DNA of 64,000 bases from an uncultured candidate division Zixibacteria bacterium (GCA_963817915.1 CAWFQL010000017.1:320001-384000); one strand, 5' to 3'. Counted from the first letter of the stretch, positions 28,259 through 38,874 are shown. Notes: generated by a model from the sequence alone, not told the origin. Made by a program: numbers and translations.

Positions 28259-29781
28259 GTAATATTCCCCGCCCGATTGTCCTGATTGTAATGGATGGCT
28301 TTGGCCTTAACCCCGATATCAAGGGCAATGCTGTCGCAGCGGCTCATAAACCCAATTACGATCTTTATCTATCGAAATATCAACATACTATCCTGGAGAC
28401 GTCTGGATTAGCCGTAGGCCTGCCAAAAGGACAAATGGGCAATTCCGAAGTAGGGCATTTGAATTTAGGCGCTGGAAGAGTCGTCTATCAAGAGGTCACA
28501 CGAATTGATAAATCCATATCAGATGGCGATTTTTTCACTAATAAGGCGTTTATCGATCTTATGGCTAAAGTTAAGAGAAACTCAGGGAAATTACATCTGA
28601 TGGGTCTGGCCTCCGACGGGCTCGTTCACTCATCGCTTGATCACCTATATGCTCTTATGGAAATGAGCAAAAAACAAGGCCTGAAAGATGTTGTTATTCA
28701 CGCCTTTCTGGATGGCAGAGATACTTCTCCGACTTCTGGAGCGGAATATGTTAAGCAAATTCTGGATAAATGCAATAATATCGGTGTCGGGAAATTGGGT
28801 AGTATTGTCGGAAGGTACTATGCCATGGATCGCGATAAGCGCTGGGAACGAGTCAAAAAGGCCTATGATTTGATTGTTTCCGGAAAAGGTCAGGTATCCA
28901 GCAATCCAATTAGAACGATACAAGAATTTTATTCCAAGGATATCACTGATGAATTTATGGAGCCAATTGCAATCGATGGTTTTGATCATACTCTGGGTAA
29001 GAATGACGGCGTGATTTTTTATAATTTTCGGGCGGATCGCGCCAGAGAATTAAGCCAGGCTCTGACCGATCAGGCATTTGATGGGTTCGGCCGCGACGGG
29101 GGCCCGGTAGTTTCAATGGTCAGCATGACGCTTTATGATGTCAACCTCAATTCCAATGTGGCATTTCCTCAGAACCATTTAAGTGATCTTTTTGGAGAAA
29201 TAATCAGCCAGCGGGGATTGAGTCAATTAAGGACTGCGGAAACAGAAAAATATCCTCACGTAACCTTCTTCTTCAATGGAGGTAATGAGAAGCCTTTCCA
29301 ACGCGAAGATAGAATCATGATACCATCGCCCAAGGTTGCCACTTACGATTTGAAACCTGAAATGTCCGCGTATGAACTTACCGATTCGACTGTCGAAAAA
29401 ATTAAACAGAAAACTTACGATATCATTATAATGAATTATGCCAACTGCGATATGGTAGGTCATACCGGAATATTTGAGGCTGCGAGAAAGGCGGTTGAAA
29501 CTGTCGATAAATGCGTTGGAGAGATTGTAAACGCGGTCAGAAAAATTGGCGGGGTTTTGATGATTACCGCCGATCATGGTAATTCTGAAAAAATGATAGA
29601 CGATGATGGCGGGCCGTTTACGGCCCATACGACATTTCCGGTGCCATTCATATTAGTGGATGATAATTGCAACGGAAAATTACGAGACACCGGGGTCTTA
29701 GCCGATGTCGCCCCCACAATGCTCGAATATTTGCAAATACCCAAGCCTCAGGCCATGACCGGGCAATGTCTCTTAAAATAA
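28255..29781 (+). CDS. gpmI: 2,3-bisphosphoglycerate-independent phosphoglycerate mutase
   Basis: GQMGNSEVGH, DGRDT, GRYYAMDRD, AETEKYPHVT, DMVGHTG and TADHGN. Confidence 0.97.
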   Translation: MSNIPRPIVLIVMDGFGLNPDIKGNAVAAAHKPNYDLYLSKYQHTILETSGLAVGLPKGQMGNSEVGHLNLGAGRVVYQEVTRIDKSISDGDFFTNKAFIDLMAKVKRNSGKLHLMGLASDGLVHSSLDHLYALMEMSKKQGLKDVVIHAFLDGRDTSPTSGAEYVKQILDKCNNIGVGKLGSIVGRYYAMDRDKRWERVKKAYDLIVSGKGQVSSNPIRTIQEFYSKDITDEFMEPIAIDGFDHTLGKNDGVIFYNFRADRARELSQALTDQAFDGFGRDGGPVVSMVSMTLYDVNLNSNVAFPQNHLSDLFGEIISQRGLSQLRTAETEKYPHVTFFFNGGNEKPFQREDRIMIPSPKVATYDLKPEMSAYELTDSTVEKIKQKTYDIIIMNYANCDMVGHTGIFEAARKAVETVDKCVGEIVNAVRKIGGVLMITADHGNSEKMIDDDGGPFTAHTTFPVPFILVDDNCNGKLRDTGVLADVAPTMLEYLQIPKPQAMTGQCLLK

Positions 29782-29813
29782 AATATTATTCGTTTCGGAA
29801 TTAATACTAAATA

Positions 29814-31319
29814 ATGCAAAATAGAAAAATCTTATTAGTTTTATTATCGGGGATAGTTAGTTTTATTTCATTTCCACCATTTCACTTTGGTCTTCTTATT
29901 TTTATCGCTCTGGTTCCTTTGCTTTACTCTATAGAGGACGTATCGCCGAAAAAGGCATTTAAGTACGGCTATATATGGGGGATGATTTTTTATTTGGGTC
30001 TTATCTACTATATTGCCTGGGTAACAGTCCCCGGAATGATTGCCACGGTGTTGGTATTATCATTAATTCCCGCATTTGGTAGTATGGTATTTGAAAGGCT
30101 TCTCGCTAGAAACAGGTGGATTGCGATAGTATTTGTGCCATTATTTTTTGTGGCGGTCAATTGGCTTTTCACTATGTCGGAATTGAATTATCCCTGGTGC
30201 GATTTCGGATATGCACTTGATTATTATCTGATAATGATTCAGGCTGCCGACCTGGGCGGAGTATATTTAATCTCAATTTTAATTCTATTCTTCAATATGA
30301 TTATTTATGTGTCGATTTCGCCTAAATTCGAAATGACTTCAGGAACTCAGTGGAAACTACGATCCGGGTCTCTCTTAATTGTGGCATTCCTGTTAGTTTA
30401 TGGAGGTTTCAGACTATCCGGTTCTAATGATAAATCTGCTGGAAATTCTCTGAAGGTCGGGATGATTCAGAGCAATATGACTGAGGATTTGAAATGGGAT
30501 CCACAAAATCTCCAGATGAATTTCGACAGGCATTTTGCACTTTCGAGAAAAGCCGTATCGCAAGGCGCCAGCTTCCTCGTATGGCCCGAAACTGCTATCC
30601 CAGCATATATTCTTCAGGAAAAACAGAAATATTATAAAATTAAAGCTTTTGTAGACTCGCTGAATGTCCCCATCCTTACAGGCATCCCATATTATGAGAC
30701 GGTTGGGCCCAATCAATATATTTACTTCAATTCGGCTGCGCTCCTCAAACCGTATAAAGAAGGATATACATTATATTCAAAAGTTCATTTAGTGCCGGTC
30801 AGTGAACGAATTCCATTTTCCGATAGATTCAAGATTCTGAAAGATATCCATTTAGGCCAGGCGGATTTTTCATCCGGTCGGGAACAGACTGTTTTCAGTC
30901 TTAATGGCTTTAAATTTGCCACATTGATTTGCTTTGAATCGGCGTTCCCGGGATATTGTCGCGATTTCGCCAAAAAAGGCGCGCAATTTTTTGTCGTAAT
31001 CACCAACGATATGTGGTTTGGACGGACATCATTGATGGAACAACACGCTATGATGTCGGTATTCAGAGCCGTAGAAAATAGAATTCCAGTAGTTAGAGCT
31101 GGTAATACGGGAGTTTCGATGGCAGTTAATAAGTGGGGCAGGATTTTGACTAAAAGCGACATTTTTAAGGAGCTTTTTATTACTGCGGAAATCAGCCCAA
31201 TCGATTCAAAGAGCATTTATGGAGTCATTGGCGATATAATACCCAAAATTGCAGCAATATTGACATTTCTCGCTTTGGTTATTGCCTTTTGGCCCGGATT
31301 TAAATATCTTTACCGGTAA
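29814..31319 (+). CDS. lnt: Apolipoprotein N-acyltransferase
   Basis: N-terminal TM bundle and nitrilase triad VWPE / K.HLVP / ICFES, plus ITNDMWFG and RAVENR. Confidence 0.93.
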   Translation: MQNRKILLVLLSGIVSFISFPPFHFGLLIFIALVPLLYSIEDVSPKKAFKYGYIWGMIFYLGLIYYIAWVTVPGMIATVLVLSLIPAFGSMVFERLLARNRWIAIVFVPLFFVAVNWLFTMSELNYPWCDFGYALDYYLIMIQAADLGGVYLISILILFFNMIIYVSISPKFEMTSGTQWKLRSGSLLIVAFLLVYGGFRLSGSNDKSAGNSLKVGMIQSNMTEDLKWDPQNLQMNFDRHFALSRKAVSQGASFLVWPETAIPAYILQEKQKYYKIKAFVDSLNVPILTGIPYYETVGPNQYIYFNSAALLKPYKEGYTLYSKVHLVPVSERIPFSDRFKILKDIHLGQADFSSGREQTVFSLNGFKFATLICFESAFPGYCRDFAKKGAQFFVVITNDMWFGRTSLMEQHAMMSVFRAVENRIPVVRAGNTGVSMAVNKWGRILTKSDIFKELFITAEISPIDSKSIYGVIGDIIPKIAAILTFLALVIAFWPGFKYLYR

Positions 31320-31325
31320 GGCGCT

Positions 31326-33521
31326 ATGTTAAAAAGCTTTTGTAAATTATTATTCTTGATTACAATTTTAAATGTCTCTCTATGGGGACAAAATTGGTCA
31401 AGTTATACAAATACCGATAATGTTCGTCGAATTTTGATTAATAATAATCAAATCTGGGGGGTGACTTCAGGCGGTATTGTTTCTTATCGGCCTTCAGATC
31501 AATCCATAACCAAATTGACCAATGTTGACGGATTGGGCGGGATCAATTATTACTGCATATCTTCCGATACCACCGGCAATATTTGGTGCGGTACATCAAA
31601 TGGCTGGTTAACTAAATTATTAGTCAACGGAAATATCAAAAATTACTCAATTCGGGATAGCACCGGTTATATTGCCAGACCCGTATCGTTATTCGATTTG
31701 AAAACCGACGGACTAAAATTGTGGATTGCCAATGATCTAGGTGTCAGCAAATTTATGATGTATTCCAACGGCGGGGAAATCAAGGATACCGCCCGAAAGC
31801 TGGGCAATCTCCCCAACGAGGAAGATGTAACCAGTATAGCGATAGTTGGGGAGAATCTATGGGCCGGCACAGCCCGCGGAGTAGCGTTCATAAATAAGGA
31901 TACTATAGATAATATTCAGTATTATGGTTTCTGGAGATCATTTAGCAAAGGCCAAAACGGATTAGGTAATACCGACAGTGATCAGAATATAAATTCCATA
32001 ATTTCTTATCGCGATACTGTCGTGATCGGCACTCTAAATGGGGTTTACAAATTTACGACTGATCCTGATACATTATGGATTCCAATGGGTTTGCAGGGGA
32101 CATCCATAGTCCGTCTGGCGATGATAGATACTCTTTTGATGGCGTCCGCAGGCGGCCAGCTTTTTAATTATAACGGTTCAAGCTGGGTTACATACCAATA
32201 TTCTCCTGTACCTGATGTTTTGAATGATATTGTATCTGATTCCACCGGAATATTGTGGGGTGGAACTCGAAGTAAGGGATTGACGGGGTTGTCCGATTCA
32301 ACTTGGAATTTATATTCAATTCCCGGCCCGGCCTCGAATATTATCAGAAATATCGCTATTGATTCTAGCGGATCAGTCTGGATGACTCATAGCAATAACT
32401 CGATCAGTATTTTGAGAGCTGGTACCTGGACCATAAATAATTCAGCCAATTCTCCGTATAGTGGACAGCAATCTTACTCCATCACCGTAACTTCAGATCA
32501 CTCCGTGTGGATTGGAGATTGGGGAAGAGGACTTTTTAAATTTGATGGAGCCAATTGGTTTCATTGGGACTTTTCAAATAGCCCAATGTGGGGAGTGTAT
32601 GATGTCCAATACCGTGATTCGTCCTATTGGGCAGTGACTGATATTGCAGAAGATTTCCGTGGAGATATTTGGATGAATGCGCTTGACGCGGTTCAGAATC
32701 TTACATTAGGTGTATTTTACCCGACGGATTCCTTATGGCATACTTTTTTCACTGGGCCCAATAGCTTCCCGGACAATGATGTTCATGAATTAAAGGCGCA
32801 GGGAAATGTATTATGGGTAGGTCGCGAGGCCGGACTCGATAGATTTCATTTTGGCGCTTCGCCTTTTGATTCATCCAGCTATTCCATTGAGCCCTTCATC
32901 AGCAGGGAATTTATTCTTGATCTGGCTCTTGATCCCGATAGCAATCTCTGGTTTGGATCATTGACCGGACTTTTCTATACGACAATTTATTCTGATTCGG
33001 CAGATAGAGTGGCACAACCGCTTGAATTATCCGGCAGAGTCAATGCCGTGGAATCCGATGGTGCTGGCAATATATGGGTTGGTACCGGCACAGGAATTGG
33101 TGTCCTAAACGCGGACAAGAGTTCATGGAGACATATCTATAATACTTCGAATAGCCCTCTTCTTAATAATTCGATTACCGATATCGCAGTTGATAAAGTA
33201 AAGGGTACAATTTATATCGGCACCGAAGGCGGATTATCTATATTTGAATCAGGTGTGGAACTTCCAAACATTAATCGAGTTGAAGCATATCCCAATCCTG
33301 TTATCGTATCTCAGGGGGAAAGTAGAGTCCGATTTAAGAGAATTCCTCCCGGCTCGACAATATTTATTTACAACGTGGCAGGCGAATTGGTGGCCCGGGT
33401 TGTTACGGATGAGTGGAATTTAAAAAATTCCAATAATCAGCCTGTCGCAGGCGGTATCTATATTTTCCAAGTGAGATCTGGGAATACTTCTGGCACTGGA
33501 AAACTTGCAATCATCAAATAA
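31326..33521 (+). CDS. PorZ-like beta-propeller protein with C-terminal T9SS/FlgD-Ig-like sorting domain
   Basis: 731 aa. Signal peptide then W.SYT, repeated D..G.IW.GT propeller blades, NSPLLNNSITDIAVD..KGTIYIGTEGGLS, then AYPNP...GGIYIF...GKLAIIK. This matches PorZ architecture. Confidence 0.7.
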   Translation: MLKSFCKLLFLITILNVSLWGQNWSSYTNTDNVRRILINNNQIWGVTSGGIVSYRPSDQSITKLTNVDGLGGINYYCISSDTTGNIWCGTSNGWLTKLLVNGNIKNYSIRDSTGYIARPVSLFDLKTDGLKLWIANDLGVSKFMMYSNGGEIKDTARKLGNLPNEEDVTSIAIVGENLWAGTARGVAFINKDTIDNIQYYGFWRSFSKGQNGLGNTDSDQNINSIISYRDTVVIGTLNGVYKFTTDPDTLWIPMGLQGTSIVRLAMIDTLLMASAGGQLFNYNGSSWVTYQYSPVPDVLNDIVSDSTGILWGGTRSKGLTGLSDSTWNLYSIPGPASNIIRNIAIDSSGSVWMTHSNNSISILRAGTWTINNSANSPYSGQQSYSITVTSDHSVWIGDWGRGLFKFDGANWFHWDFSNSPMWGVYDVQYRDSSYWAVTDIAEDFRGDIWMNALDAVQNLTLGVFYPTDSLWHTFFTGPNSFPDNDVHELKAQGNVLWVGREAGLDRFHFGASPFDSSSYSIEPFISREFILDLALDPDSNLWFGSLTGLFYTTIYSDSADRVAQPLELSGRVNAVESDGAGNIWVGTGTGIGVLNADKSSWRHIYNTSNSPLLNNSITDIAVDKVKGTIYIGTEGGLSIFESGVELPNINRVEAYPNPVIVSQGESRVRFKRIPPGSTIFIYNVAGELVARVVTDEWNLKNSNNQPVAGGIYIFQVRSGNTSGTGKLAIIK

Positions 33522-34464
33522 AATTTCATTCTCGCCTATTAGCACTTGTGATCCCCTATTGGGAACTACATGGGGTGGTATATTCTATCATCCAATTTTT
33601 GTAGATGCTGGCGCAGAATTTCTAAATTTAGCAGGACATTCATTTAATATAATATTGGACGAAAGGAATAGCGGCGCGCTAAATATATTAGCGAGAGAGA
33701 GGCCATTAATTCGAAGGGCCACAATCCCGCATTTATTTCAATACTGCGGGCCTCTTATTTATGGTAAAGATTTCGATTTAGCTTTGATTGCGAAATCAAT
33801 TGACCATTATTTTTCGCTAAATTATGATTTTGCGTATTTGAGTATCCCCCCCCAAACCCCGCTGGATAAAAGCCATTTTAATGGCTGGAAAATAATTCAA
33901 ACTTATACTGTTTCAATTGGCGGCGCGGATTTAAAAAATTGGGGCAGGGATTTTAAGGAACGCGTTGTCAGGAAGATAAAAAAGGCGCAAAAAGAAAAGA
34001 TAGAAGTTAGAATTGTAGATAACCTCCCGTTAGGGCTTTGGCAAATGCCTTTTGAGCGGAAAGGAAAAAGACCGATAATACCGCCGTCGTCAGTTGAAAG
34101 TTGGGCGCGGAAATTAATTGATGCGTCTCTCTTGAAAGTTTATGCGGCTTTCTTTGAAAATGAACCAATCGCCTTCCGCGCAGAATTGATTTATGGGAAT
34201 TTTGCATATGACTGGGTTGCGGGCTCTAATCCCGAATTTCATAATCTTGGATCAAATCAATTGCTGATGGCTGAGATCGGTTATGATATAATGAGGAACG
34301 GGATCGAGACTTGGGATATGGTCGCAGGACAGATCGAGAGTATTGCTGAATTCAAGAAATCATTTGGGGGAAAAGAAACACCTCATCTGCACATAAAGAA
34401 AAGTTTTAATTTAGCGGGACGACTGTTCGATATTCTCAGGGAAATAAAGCATGCAAGGCACTAA
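33505..34464 (+). CDS. GNAT/FemAB-like (Acetyltransf_6) protein, VimA-like
   Basis: RKIKKAQKE, AYDWVAGSNPEF..LGSNQLL and IAEFKKSFGG are characteristic of FemAB-type GNAT proteins. Confidence 0.72.
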   Translation: MQSSNKISFSPISTCDPLLGTTWGGIFYHPIFVDAGAEFLNLAGHSFNIILDERNSGALNILARERPLIRRATIPHLFQYCGPLIYGKDFDLALIAKSIDHYFSLNYDFAYLSIPPQTPLDKSHFNGWKIIQTYTVSIGGADLKNWGRDFKERVVRKIKKAQKEKIEVRIVDNLPLGLWQMPFERKGKRPIIPPSSVESWARKLIDASLLKVYAAFFENEPIAFRAELIYGNFAYDWVAGSNPEFHNLGSNQLLMAEIGYDIMRNGIETWDMVAGQIESIAEFKKSFGGKETPHLHIKKSFNLAGRLFDILREIKHARH

Positions 34465-35722
34465 TTTCGCTACGGAATTGCGTTATTTTTATAGCGATAA
34501 TCTCTTATCCCCAAATTTAGTCAATCATTGTTTCGCCTATTTATCTGCCGTGATAGGCGTGAAATTCAAAATAGATAATGAAAATCCTCAAATTTATAAG
34601 AATAATAATATTAGTCCTCCCGATTCCGTCGTCCTTAATTATAATGAATTTGATAATGGCTCTTATGATATCATATCTATTCTTGCCGACAAGATGACAT
34701 TATCACTGAAGCAAGGACCATTTGCTAATTCCGAAACTCCTGCCGATTATAAGTCCGGCCCCGGATTAAGCCGATTAATATGGGACTTCAAAAAGAAATT
34801 GTTTGAAGTCGGCGCGATAACAAAGCAAGAAAGTATGACAAAATTCTGGCCAAATGACTATAAATTTGGAGTAGCCCTGACTCATGATGTAGACATAGCC
34901 CGAAGAACAATTAAAGGCGGTATCCGTCTGCTATATAAAAAAAGTGTCAAGGGCGGCTTATCCGCTCTTGTCGATTCCTGCTTCGCGCCGATTAAAGGGC
35001 GAGGGAATCCCTATGACGCAATTGGCAAATGGATAACGATCGAAAAAGATCTGAAATTAAAATCCACATTTTATATATTTGCGGGAAATCGCCTATTCGA
35101 AAATGATCCAGTTTACAATCTTAATATATTGTCCGACCGCATAGCTGAGCTTAAAGAAAATGGTTTCGAAATTGCATTGCACAGCAGTGCCGGCTGCTAT
35201 GATGGGAATCATATTCCGGAAGCTCAAGGACAATTATCAGATTATTGCGGAAATAGTATCGACGGAATTCGGCCGCATTACATGTCCGCATTTCTTCCTG
35301 AGTTTTGGCGTGCGATCGAAAAATCTGGGTTCTCGTATTCTTCATGCCTTGGCTCAGATCAGTCGATAGGTTTCTTTAGGGGAATAGATCTTCCTTTCGT
35401 TCCATTTGACAGAGAACGGGATCGGGCTCTGAATATTGTTGAAATCCCGCTGGCAATTATGGATTGCGGATTGATAGGGGGCACGACCGCGAATGAAGAT
35501 AGCGTTTTCGACCGGGCGAAACTGCTGATTAATGATACATCGAATTCCGGAGGACTAATAGTATTGGATTGGCACCAGAGGACGTTGTATGAACGCGATT
35601 TCCCAGGCTGGGGAAATCTATTTATAAAAATTGTCGAATATATGAAGGATAATGGCGCATATTTTGGAACCATGAGCGAAATATCTAAGCTGGTAAAATC
35701 AAGAATGAGCGGCGAATTTTGA
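34451..35722 (+). CDS. Polysaccharide deacetylase (CE4-like), VimE-like
   Basis: LTHDVD, STFYI, EIALH, GIRPHY, EIPLAIMD and LDWH. Confidence 0.8.
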   Translation: MQGTNFATELRYFYSDNLLSPNLVNHCFAYLSAVIGVKFKIDNENPQIYKNNNISPPDSVVLNYNEFDNGSYDIISILADKMTLSLKQGPFANSETPADYKSGPGLSRLIWDFKKKLFEVGAITKQESMTKFWPNDYKFGVALTHDVDIARRTIKGGIRLLYKKSVKGGLSALVDSCFAPIKGRGNPYDAIGKWITIEKDLKLKSTFYIFAGNRLFENDPVYNLNILSDRIAELKENGFEIALHSSAGCYDGNHIPEAQGQLSDYCGNSIDGIRPHYMSAFLPEFWRAIEKSGFSYSSCLGSDQSIGFFRGIDLPFVPFDRERDRALNIVEIPLAIMDCGLIGGTTANEDSVFDRAKLLINDTSNSGGLIVLDWHQRTLYERDFPGWGNLFIKIVEYMKDNGAYFGTMSEISKLVKSRMSGEF

Positions 35723-36840
35723 AAATAGTCTACTTTATATTAAATAGTTTTGATTTTGATTCTCGGGCAAGGCTTGAAGTGGAAGCGCTTAAGACTGCAG
35801 GGCATCAAGTCGAAATAATCGCCACTACCGGATGCGAATCAAATCATTACCTGGATTGCCCGATTCATCGAATTCCCCAATGGACATGGCCATCGAGAAA
35901 AATGCGTTTTATTCAATACAATATTTTGGCGGCCTTAAAAGCGATAAAAATTAAGCCGGATGCTTATCATGCGGTAGATTTGGATACGCTGCGCGCCGCA
36001 ACTTGGGCCTGCTCTAGAACCGGTGGTAAGGTAATCTATGAATCCCGAGAATTGTATACCGAAATCGAAGCCCTGAATGGCAGGCCATTTATCAGAGGAA
36101 TATGGCGAAGGCTCGAAACCCGATTGATAATAAAGGCGGCGAGGGTTATTACTGTTAACGATTCTATCGGCCGCGAATTGGTATCGAGATACTCGATAAT
36201 ATTCCCAAATATAATAAGAAATGTCGCTCCGAAGCCGGGCAGTCTCAGACCAATAAATTTGCATTCGAAATATAATATTCCCGCAGGGTGGAAAATATTG
36301 GTTTTCCAAGGTATATTAAGAAATGGACAGGGACTTTTAAAGCTACTCGAGATGATCAAGAGTATGGAGAGAGTATCGCTGGTAATTATTGGTGATGGGC
36401 CATTAATGAATGTTCTAAAAGACAGGGCCAGGAGTCTGAGCATTGAAAATAAAATTCGATTTACCGGGATGATTCCAGCAGCTGAGTTGCTTAATTACAC
36501 GGCAGGTGCCGATGCTGGAATGCTGCTACTGGAAGATGTTTCCATAAATCACAGACTGGCGTTGCCGCAAAAATTGTTTCAGTATTTGATGGCCGGAATT
36601 CCACAAATTGTTTCGCCGCTGCCTGAGTTGGCAGGTTTTGTCAGTTCCGAGAAGACCGGGTTTGTAGCATCCTCTGCCAGTCCTGAAATAACCGCACACC
36701 AGATCGATAATTTCCTTTTTAGCCTCGATCAATATAATCAAGCAAAACGAAACTGTATCGAATCCGCGAAAAAACACAATTGGGAGAATGAATCAACTAA
36801 ATTGATAAAAATGTATGAAGAAATGGCTGATTCTCAATGA
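35719..36840 (+). CDS. Glycosyltransferase family 4, VimF-like
   Basis: DSRARLE, HAVDLDTL, YESRELY, LALPQKLFQYLMAGIP and NWENE. Confidence 0.85.
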   Translation: MKIVYFILNSFDFDSRARLEVEALKTAGHQVEIIATTGCESNHYLDCPIHRIPQWTWPSRKMRFIQYNILAALKAIKIKPDAYHAVDLDTLRAATWACSRTGGKVIYESRELYTEIEALNGRPFIRGIWRRLETRLIIKAARVITVNDSIGRELVSRYSIIFPNIIRNVAPKPGSLRPINLHSKYNIPAGWKILVFQGILRNGQGLLKLLEMIKSMERVSLVIIGDGPLMNVLKDRARSLSIENKIRFTGMIPAAELLNYTAGADAGMLLLEDVSINHRLALPQKLFQYLMAGIPQIVSPLPELAGFVSSEKTGFVASSASPEITAHQIDNFLFSLDQYNQAKRNCIESAKKHNWENESTKLIKMYEEMADSQ

Positions 36841-37772
36841 TTGAATATTCGATAGTAATTTCTACATTTAATCAAAAAAACACGCTTGCGAAGATTCTTG
36901 ATAGTCTTGCCAGGCAGATCTCCAGCCCTAAGATATTTGAAGTTATTATTACCGATGATGGCTCGAACGACGGAACGGATCAATTTATAAAAGGACTCAG
37001 ATTTCCGATTTTTCTAAAATATATCCGTTCTCAAAAAAGTGAAGGTCGTGCCAAAAACCGCAATAAAGGCTTTGAAAAAGCTGTTGGTGTTTGGGTTACA
37101 TTTCTCGATGGCGATATGATTCCAGAGGCGAATTTTATTTCGACCTTGTGGGCGGCATGGAATAGCGACCTGGCTCCTGTTTACGTTGGAAATGTCAAAT
37201 GGCCGAAAGAGTGGCGATCCGGTAGACTCGAAAAATATCTTTATTCAAGAGGCAGATTATCCAACACCGATAAAGGACAAATACCGGGCGTATATTTTAC
37301 AAGTAATAATTTTTCGATCAGGAAAGAAGTCTTCGGAAAACTTGCCGGCTTTGACCCCAAGTTCGAAGGCTGGGGTGGTGAAGATACAGATTTTGGACTT
37401 CGCCTCGAAAAGAACATACATAAGATCTATTATTTGCCAGAGGCGATCTGCTATCATTACCATAAGAGGTCAATTACTGAAGTTGTCAATGATTACAAAA
37501 AATATGGCCAAAATGGGTATTCAAGGCTTATCGCATCCCATCCTGATACCGTAATTTTCAACAATGGATGGCTCCTTGGGCTTCCTGATTCAAAGTACAA
37601 TTTTGGTAGAAGATTATTTTCGTTCATCTTATTCCCACTCAGAACAAGTGCATTTCTGGCATTTTTAAGGGCTATATTTATGATCACGGGATTTCCTCTG
37701 TGTACCAATTTTTGCTTCGACTGGCTATTCTACGGTAACCTTGCTATGGGGTACAGACAAGGCACAAAATGA
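36837..37772 (+). CDS. Glycosyltransferase family 2
   Basis: DDGSND, FLDGD and GWGGEDTDFGLRL. Confidence 0.9.
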   Translation: MIEYSIVISTFNQKNTLAKILDSLARQISSPKIFEVIITDDGSNDGTDQFIKGLRFPIFLKYIRSQKSEGRAKNRNKGFEKAVGVWVTFLDGDMIPEANFISTLWAAWNSDLAPVYVGNVKWPKEWRSGRLEKYLYSRGRLSNTDKGQIPGVYFTSNNFSIRKEVFGKLAGFDPKFEGWGGEDTDFGLRLEKNIHKIYYLPEAICYHYHKRSITEVVNDYKKYGQNGYSRLIASHPDTVIFNNGWLLGLPDSKYNFGRRLFSFILFPLRTSAFLAFLRAIFMITGFPLCTNFCFDWLFYGNLAMGYRQGTK

Positions 37773-37924
37773 AGAACATGATCCGCCTTTCGATGAAGGG
37801 GAAGTATTATTTTGATTTTATTTATGGAATCGGGATAATATATTCAAATCCAGATTTTGAAGCCGCGCTTTGTCTTGTGGCGATTTAGGATTCAGTTGCG
37901 ACGACAGATGGGAGATTTAATAAT

Positions 37925-38866
37925 ATGAGCAAATTAATTATTCAAATACCCTGCTATAATGAAAGCGGGCAGCTTGAATCCACTATTAGAAATCTTCCCA
38001 AAAATATCCCGGGTTTCGAAAACGTGGAAATTCTCGTCATCGATGATGGCTCCACCGATAATAGTCACGAAATCGCCTTGAAATGCGGCGCAACAAGGGT
38101 GGTTCGCCTGAAAAAGCACCAGGGGCTTGCCAAGGTGTTTTCAATGGGTTTAAAGACTTCGCTCGAGATGAACGCTGATGTAATCGTGAATTATGACGCC
38201 GATGCGCAATTTCCGCCTGACCAGATTCAACAATTAATCGATCCCATAATCAATGCCAATGCTGATATGGTTATTGGCTGCCGCGATATGAAGAATACTG
38301 ACCATTATGGAATAACCAAGAAATTGCTGCAACGATTTGGCAGCTGGGCAGTCAGGCAATTTTCAGGTACTGATATTCCCGATACTACGTCCGGATTCAG
38401 GGCATATTCAAGGGAAGCGGCGATCAAAATCAATATTTTATCTCAATATACCTATACGCTAGAGACAATAATTCAGGCCGGAAGAATCGGTCTTTCGATT
38501 GCGGCTGTGCCCGTTGATGTCAGGCCATCACCGCGGAAGTCACGGCTTATCTCAAGCAATTGGAATTATGTCGCCCGCTCGGCAGTGACAATATTGAGAG
38601 TATATATGATGTACAGCCCGCTAAAGACCTTCGGACTTTTAGGAGGAGTATTTTTTGCGGGAGGTGTATTCCTCGATTTGAGATACTTGTTTTTATATTT
38701 TCTTTATAATCAAAAAGGTCATCTGCAATCATTGATTTTATCGGCAATACTGATTCTAATAGGTTTTATGGTTTGGGTTCTTGGTTTATTGGCCGATTTA
38801 GTAAGCGCTAATCGTTTGCTGCTCGAAGAAACACTTATCAATATAAAAAAGTCTAATTCGAATTAA
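37925..38866 (+). CDS. GT2 polyprenol-phosphate glycosyltransferase (DPM1/GtrB-like) with two C-terminal TMs
   Basis: IPCYNE, DDGSTD, DADAQF, DTTSGFRAYSR and C-terminal hydrophobic helices. Confidence 0.85.
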   Translation: MSKLIIQIPCYNESGQLESTIRNLPKNIPGFENVEILVIDDGSTDNSHEIALKCGATRVVRLKKHQGLAKVFSMGLKTSLEMNADVIVNYDADAQFPPDQIQQLIDPIINANADMVIGCRDMKNTDHYGITKKLLQRFGSWAVRQFSGTDIPDTTSGFRAYSREAAIKINILSQYTYTLETIIQAGRIGLSIAAVPVDVRPSPRKSRLISSNWNYVARSAVTILRVYMMYSPLKTFGLLGGVFFAGGVFLDLRYLFLYFLYNQKGHLQSLILSAILILIGFMVWVLGLLADLVSANRLLLEETLINIKKSNSN

Positions 38867-38874
38867 TATCCGCA

